From positions 317,130,001 to 317,194,000 of the forward strand of contig OZ024743.1 in NCBI GenBank assembly GCA_964016885.1: a DNA stretch of 64,000 nucleotides, given 5' to 3'. The notes below the pieces were generated by a model. That model saw only the letters and a list, made by a program, of their open reading frames with translations, was not told the origin of the DNA and did not search any database. Numbering within the stretch: position 1 is the first letter of the stretch; every line of letters begins with the position of its first letter. The position numbers were made by a program, and so were the translations under genes. The DNA comes from Eledone cirrhosa (Eukaryota). Positions 62,739 to 64,000 of the stretch are shown here, one piece after another.

Positions 62739-62855
62739 GCTGAAGACAATAACATGATATATCCATCTGATGCAGCACATATCCAAACATTTGCTTATCT
62801 TATTGTGGACCCACTGAAACATTATATCACTGTATTGTATCATAGTTTTTGTTAA
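62739..62855 (+). CDS. CFAP300: Terminal coding exon of a CFAP300/C11orf70-like dynein assembly factor
   Basis: Branch-like gctaac (62702), pyrimidine tract, ttacAG acceptor, then AEDNNMIYPSDAAHIQTFAYLIVDPLKHYITVLYHSFC*. This resembles the CFAP300 C-terminus as I recall it (MCYPS..HEQTFSYFIVDP.RRH..VLYH). Not database-checked. Confidence 0.8.
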   Translation, partial: AEDNNMIYPSDAAHIQTFAYLIVDPLKHYITVLYHSFC

Positions 62856-63089
62856 ACTCTTTTCATATCAACCCACATGAATCTGACCCTTATTTTAAAG
62901 TGTTTGTATTTGAAGTAAAACCTTCCATCATAATTTATTGTAAGAACTTTTTGTTAAGTCATGTTCCAAACACTAGCTTACTCAAGAGAAATTAGCTATT
63001 TTACAAAATCACTTCATTATTTTCAGTATTTTTACTTCATTATTTTAAAAATTAATTGAAACACAAGCAATGTTTTTGTGTATTTTATT

Positions 63090-63377
63090 GGAATAGGCTA
63101 TGTAACTAGTCCCGATAAAATAGACAAACACTAAAGGGACACAACTCTAGCCGGGGTCCTGGAAACTTATTTCACTGCTAAATAATAGATAGTGTTTTAG
63201 GACTCAAGGAGTGACTATTATCTTCAACCCAGGTCGAGACTTTCTGCTAAAATTCTTAATTTCGAAAATATTTGACAAGTGTCTTAACTCGGGCCGCAAC
63301 TCATTGGTGTCTGACACACTTACCGGCTTAATAGCCTGGGAGTCTCTTTTACCGGGACCAGCTACATAGCCTCTTCC
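63090..63377. mobile_element. MITE with ~36-bp TIRs
   Basis: ggaataggctatgtaactagtcccgataaaatagac / gtctcttttaccgggaccagctacatagcctcttcc; flanks tattttatt and tatttttatt suggest a ~9-bp TSD. Confidence 0.78.
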
Positions 63378-63735
63378 TATTTTATTAGAAGTATGGTAAC
63401 AAAAGAGTGAAAATAATTATATTTTTCTTTTTCACTGAACATAAAATTAATTTAAATTAACTCATAGTTTTCATTGTTTTGTTTTCTGTTATTACAAACA
63501 TGATTTAGCTTTACAATATATCTCTTAAGCATTTTCCCTGCTAGAGCAGGAGTTAGCCATACAGGTCCTCATCGGATCCTTTTTGTGGTATTATTTTACA
63601 GCCAGATCCTTTTCTTGGTACCAATTCTTTTAATCACCTATTACAACACACAGGGATATTGAGTGCCAATTCTAAACCAAATACAGATGGTAATTTTTAC
63701 ATAATATTTTTCTGCTGCTTCTTCTTCTTCTCCTC

Positions 63736-63925
63736 CCCCTCCATATAAAAAGATGCAGGGCACTCAAAGTCAATGGAAACTATTGAAGAGGAAAGCTTGG
63801 GATGAAGTGATAAAAGCTAACCTTGCCCAATTAAACCTCACAAAGGAAATGATACAGGATTGAGATCTCTGGCATTATGCAGTACTGCAGAATACCTGCC
63901 CTCCCATGTGCACAGGATGAAACAA
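63736..63925 (+). mobile_element. Degenerate RTE 3' fragment
   Basis: IKRCRALKVNG..WDEVIKANLAQLNLTKEMIQD*DLW matches the subfamily B terminus. Confidence 0.75.
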
Positions 63926-64000
63926 ACATGTAGAAGACACTAGTCTGCACCAATCTTCTGTTCTTTATCCCTTCCCAATCTTAATACCTCCCATTCCTCC

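Overview
Eukaryotic, AT-rich, microsatellite-dense genomic DNA made almost entirely of transposable-element relics. The mix of (TA)n/(CA)n/(ATC)n runs, RTE and CR1 LINEs and tRNA-SINEs suggests an invertebrate, probably a cephalopod such as Octopus (inference). The only host-gene sequence I recognise is a terminal coding exon resembling CFAP300/C11orf70 (62739-62855, +), so much of the window may be intronic. Contents: a decayed Helitron, a full-length CsRn1-like Gypsy LTR element, a decayed hAT (Charlie/Buster-type) transposon, many 5'-truncated RTE, CR1/L2 and CRE-like LINEs, several SINE families, MITEs and several Penelope-like (GIY-YIG) relics. The most striking signal lies outside the ORF track: about a dozen type I hammerhead-ribozyme motifs from about 8 unrelated sequence families, mostly in fold-back or partial-tandem elements, including a 2.8-kb near-perfect palindrome. 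A SINE that repeatedly inserts at ATTATT sites, including the same position in both LTRs, is also notable. All calls were made by eye. Boundaries of degenerate elements are approximate and no ribozyme activity has been tested.
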